Virus record (IMG/VR): IMGVR_UViG_3300044635_001663
Location: 106,337 to 126,336 of that record
Length of the DNA stretch: 20,000 nt
Source of the DNA: an uncultured virus (IMG/VR IMGVR_UViG_3300044635_001663)
Lineage: Duplodnaviria; Heunggongvirae; Uroviricota; Caudoviricetes
Direction: 5' to 3' (one strand)
Positions within the stretch are counted from its first letter, which is position 1. Each line of letters starts with the position of its first letter. Made by a program: the position numbers and the translations under genes. Below are positions 17,089 through 20,000 of the stretch, piece after piece. The notes under the pieces are model-generated. The model was not told the origin of the DNA, ran no database searches, and saw nothing but the letters and a program-made list of their open reading frames with translations.

Positions 17089-17960
17089 TGAAAAATATTA
17101 TTCATAAATATAATTCTATAGATACTAATATATTTTGTAGTTTTAATACCAGAAATTTATATCTAGATAGTTTGATTTTACCGACAGAAAAGACATCCTA
17201 TTTCAGTACTCAAAATAATGGTAATAATGCTATAACTCAAATTAATGATATTCAATTTTTTAATTATGATTTTATCTTAACTAATTATCTAAACGAACAG
17301 ATCATTAATTTGTCTAATACGTCAGAAATACCTTTAGTATTAGTGACACAGACAACCGCCTCTGATATAAATCTAGAATTACTAAATAGCATAGATAATT
17401 TATATTATTTAACAATAGCTGATTCTGAACACAATGTTGCTGACAAATATAAAGACAGGGTTTTACAAATACCTCTATGTTCAAGTACGGAAGCTCCAGT
17501 AATTAAAGATATAGATAAAATTAAAGATATTGCGATTATCAATTATAATACAACCAAAATTAATCCTAGCATAATTGCTTTATTAAAAAACAATCAATTG
17601 AGTTGCGATACACTAGACATATATCCTGCTTCTATAAACGACCTGATTACCACATTGTCTCGTTATAGGTACTGTATAGATTTTTCTAATGCATCCCCTC
17701 TGGAATGTTTTGCTAGCATCATAGCAAAAGCTTTTTATATCAGCACAGGCAAAAATACTATATTGTATAATAATCTATTTAATACTGTTTCTATCTCTAA
17801 TGAGGATGAACTAGTTAAAGTTTTGAATAAAACTATTAATACAATTTCATGTTCTTTATTTGGTCAAGATAATAATGTTTTGTCTAACCTAATATCGGAT
17901 GATAGAAATGATAAACTACAACTTTTTTTTGACAAACTAACAGCTACAAGGTATTATTAA
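17073..17960 (+). CDS. Hypothetical protein, possibly a degenerate GT-B-fold protein
   Basis: 295-aa ORF in the glycosylation cluster; weak resemblance to a GT-B C-domain (LSRYRYCIDFS..SPLECFASII) but no Ex7E. Confidence 0.55.
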   Translation: MSINLMKNIIHKYNSIDTNIFCSFNTRNLYLDSLILPTEKTSYFSTQNNGNNAITQINDIQFFNYDFILTNYLNEQIINLSNTSEIPLVLVTQTTASDINLELLNSIDNLYYLTIADSEHNVADKYKDRVLQIPLCSSTEAPVIKDIDKIKDIAIINYNTTKINPSIIALLKNNQLSCDTLDIYPASINDLITTLSRYRYCIDFSNASPLECFASIIAKAFYISTGKNTILYNNLFNTVSISNEDELVKVLNKTINTISCSLFGQDNNVLSNLISDDRNDKLQLFFDKLTATRYY

Positions 17961-17962
17961 AT

Positions 17963-18382
17963 ATGCTCAAGAATAAAAGTATTAATCTATATATTACAGA
18001 AAATCATATTGTTAGTGATTTTACTCCTGTACACGTTAGTGAACTACAAAAAGTATCCAATGGATCTGTAGACACTATGATTTGTAATTTTTTAGATGAA
18101 TTAACATTAGAGCAAAGAAATGCTATTTTTCTAGAAATGTCTCATAAGCTGAAAAAAGATGGATTATTAAAGTTACGATTTATAGATTTAGACACATTCG
18201 GTATAGACCTCTATCGTAATAGAATAGATTTTGAAAATTTTAATCAAATATTAAATGCACATAAATCCATGTGGGATCAATCATTTATAGTTCATGTGTG
18301 TTCTCAGCTACCTAATTTACGTATTTTAGAAAATAATATTTCTGGTTTATTTAAAATTTTAACAGTTCAAAGAATCAAATAA
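17963..18382 (+). CDS. Truncated class I SAM-methyltransferase-like protein
   Basis: NGSVDTMICNFLDEL...EMSHKLKKDGLLKLRFIDL resembles the methyltransferase C-terminal half; no GxGxG motif I. Confidence 0.6.
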   Translation: MLKNKSINLYITENHIVSDFTPVHVSELQKVSNGSVDTMICNFLDELTLEQRNAIFLEMSHKLKKDGLLKLRFIDLDTFGIDLYRNRIDFENFNQILNAHKSMWDQSFIVHVCSQLPNLRILENNISGLFKILTVQRIK

Positions 18383-18387
18383 TTATT

Positions 18388-19158
18388 ATGAAGACAAAAT
18401 GTAACAAATGCATATTTAAAATTACAGACGAAAACAATAAACAAACATCCTGTCAGCTGGGGGTAACGGAGAGAATTGTTAATAAGCTACAGCTGTTATA
18501 CAATAAAGACAACCTGGAAGTTGACGAGACAACAAATAGCTATATTATTAATGATTTTTATTGTCCTTATGCAAGATTGGCTGAGTGGGCATCTGTTGTA
18601 CAAGACAATAATCCAACAGACGAATCTTTAGAAAACATTGTTCTTAAAGAATCTACTATAAACTACTACTTATTAGTGTTCTTGTCATCATCTGATAAAA
18701 ACTATATTAATAAGACATTAGACAATATTAATAACTTAGTTTCAAAACCAAGATTAATATCATTTATTATTCGTAAAACAAATACTAATATCAAAGACAA
18801 TGTTGCAAAATACATAGAAGAATATAATCTCCCAATCAAATGGAAGATTCACTTTGTGGTCGATGATACCAGCGACAATATGATATTAGATAGCGTCCTT
18901 AGAACTGGTCTACCTCCGATAGCAGCACTGATTTTTGTCATTAAAAATGATTTCACAACAGAACAAATTGATTCCTCTCAAGAAATATTCAAGCATTGCA
19001 TAAATAAAAAAATTATTGTATCAGAACAGCTTACGGATAGGGATTTTCAAAAATTAGCTATTCCAACATCTTTTTATACGGCGATGGATAAGAATATAGA
19101 TTTCGTGATAGATGAAATACATCGAGTAACAGATCTATACAACATAGAGATTATATGA
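18388..19158 (+). CDS. Hypothetical protein with Cys-rich N-terminus and possible degenerate GT-A-like domain
   Basis: CNKC...C...CPY N-terminus; YINKTLDNI....PRLISFII resembles the start of a GT2 domain. Confidence 0.55.
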   Translation: MKTKCNKCIFKITDENNKQTSCQLGVTERIVNKLQLLYNKDNLEVDETTNSYIINDFYCPYARLAEWASVVQDNNPTDESLENIVLKESTINYYLLVFLSSSDKNYINKTLDNINNLVSKPRLISFIIRKTNTNIKDNVAKYIEEYNLPIKWKIHFVVDDTSDNMILDSVLRTGLPPIAALIFVIKNDFTTEQIDSSQEIFKHCINKKIIVSEQLTDRDFQKLAIPTSFYTAMDKNIDFVIDEIHRVTDLYNIEII

Positions 19159-19835
19159 TTAATATCGTTATTTTAGCTTGTGAAATACCAAAAGGTATGA
19201 AGTCCTATGGGCCCAAAGCTATTCTGACAATAGATCCCAAAAATAAAAAACCGTTGATAGTGAAGCAAATAGAGTTACTACAACATGCTTATAAAGGACA
19301 TAAGCATCAAATACATATAGTGTTGGGATTTCATGCTGATAAAGTATTAGAGATTCTAAAAACATTTAAAGTATTAAACAGTAGTATTAATATTATTTAT
19401 AATGATAAATTTGAAATAACTAATCAGTTGTATAGTTTTACTAGATGTTTAGACCATATAAAAGATGGGTCTATTATGGTATATTCCAGCGGTATAGTCT
19501 CATCATATAAACCTAAAAATTTAGAAGAATCTAGTTTGATTGCACTAGCTAACAACGATAAAGAAAATCATTTCGATATAGGCATAGGACACAATCAGAT
19601 GAAAGCCGAATACCTGTGCTACGACCTCGATTTACTGTGGGCAGAGATGTGCTATTTTTCACACAAAGATATCCAAAATATTAAAAATATTACACAACGT
19701 ATGGCTGGTATTAAAATACAAAATATGTTTTTATTTGAATATATAAATTTACTTATAGAACATAATATTGTATTCAATATAGATAAAGTAAACCCTGTAA
19801 AAATTAAAAAAATTATTAATCATAAATCCATATGA
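19155..19835 (+). CDS. Nucleotidyltransferase-like protein (NTP_transferase/LicC-like), divergent
   Basis: IVILA...GMKSYGPKAILTI, PLIVKQIELL, IHIVLGF..DK, IIYNDKFEITN.LYS. Confidence 0.75.
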   Translation: MINIVILACEIPKGMKSYGPKAILTIDPKNKKPLIVKQIELLQHAYKGHKHQIHIVLGFHADKVLEILKTFKVLNSSINIIYNDKFEITNQLYSFTRCLDHIKDGSIMVYSSGIVSSYKPKNLEESSLIALANNDKENHFDIGIGHNQMKAEYLCYDLDLLWAEMCYFSHKDIQNIKNITQRMAGIKIQNMFLFEYINLLIEHNIVFNIDKVNPVKIKKIINHKSI

Positions 19836-20000
19836 ACATATATTCTAATAATAATCCTTCTAGAACCAATCTTTTGTTTTATAAAAACATCTGTAATATT
19901 ACAGGTGTTGTGTCTATGAATTTATTTAATCCAGATAATATTTACGAAATAATTTTACATTATAAGCCTAAATATTTATTATTAGATAATTATGTATTAT
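19832..20000 (+). CDS. 5' part of a hypothetical protein (partial, MNIYSNNNPSRTN...)
   Basis: ATGA overlap with the previous stop; frame open to the end of the window. Confidence 0.65.
   Translation, partial: MNIYSNNNPSRTNLLFYKNICNITGVVSMNLFNPDNIYEIILHYKPKYLLLDNYVL

Overview
AT-rich, densely packed window with all genes on the + strand. It looks like part of a large lytic dsDNA bacteriophage (inferred from gene content and frequent TAATG/ATGA stop-start overlaps). Left (1-3.2 kb): small, mostly unknown proteins, including an FmdB-type zinc ribbon, a DUF6171-like Cys-rich protein and two diverged paralogues. Middle (3.2-14.2 kb): a recombination/replication module with RecA-like recombinase, DUF559-like nuclease, a helical protein, DnaB helicase, DnaG-type primase, T4-gp1-like dNMP kinase, a RecB/Cas4-type PD-(D/E)XK nuclease, a family-C polymerase and SSB. 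The main oddity is that DnaE is split without an intein into two genes at the palm-thumb/fingers boundary. An unannotated 59-aa ORF and a DEDDh proofreading exonuclease gene lie between the halves. The helicase ends in an SSB-like EEIPF tail, while the polymerase lacks the tau-binding domain. Right (14.3-20 kb): two intact GT-B glycosyltransferases, one with a zinc-ribbon insert, followed by apparently degenerate GT-, methyltransferase- and nucleotidyltransferase-like genes. All calls come from manual motif recognition; no database searches were run.
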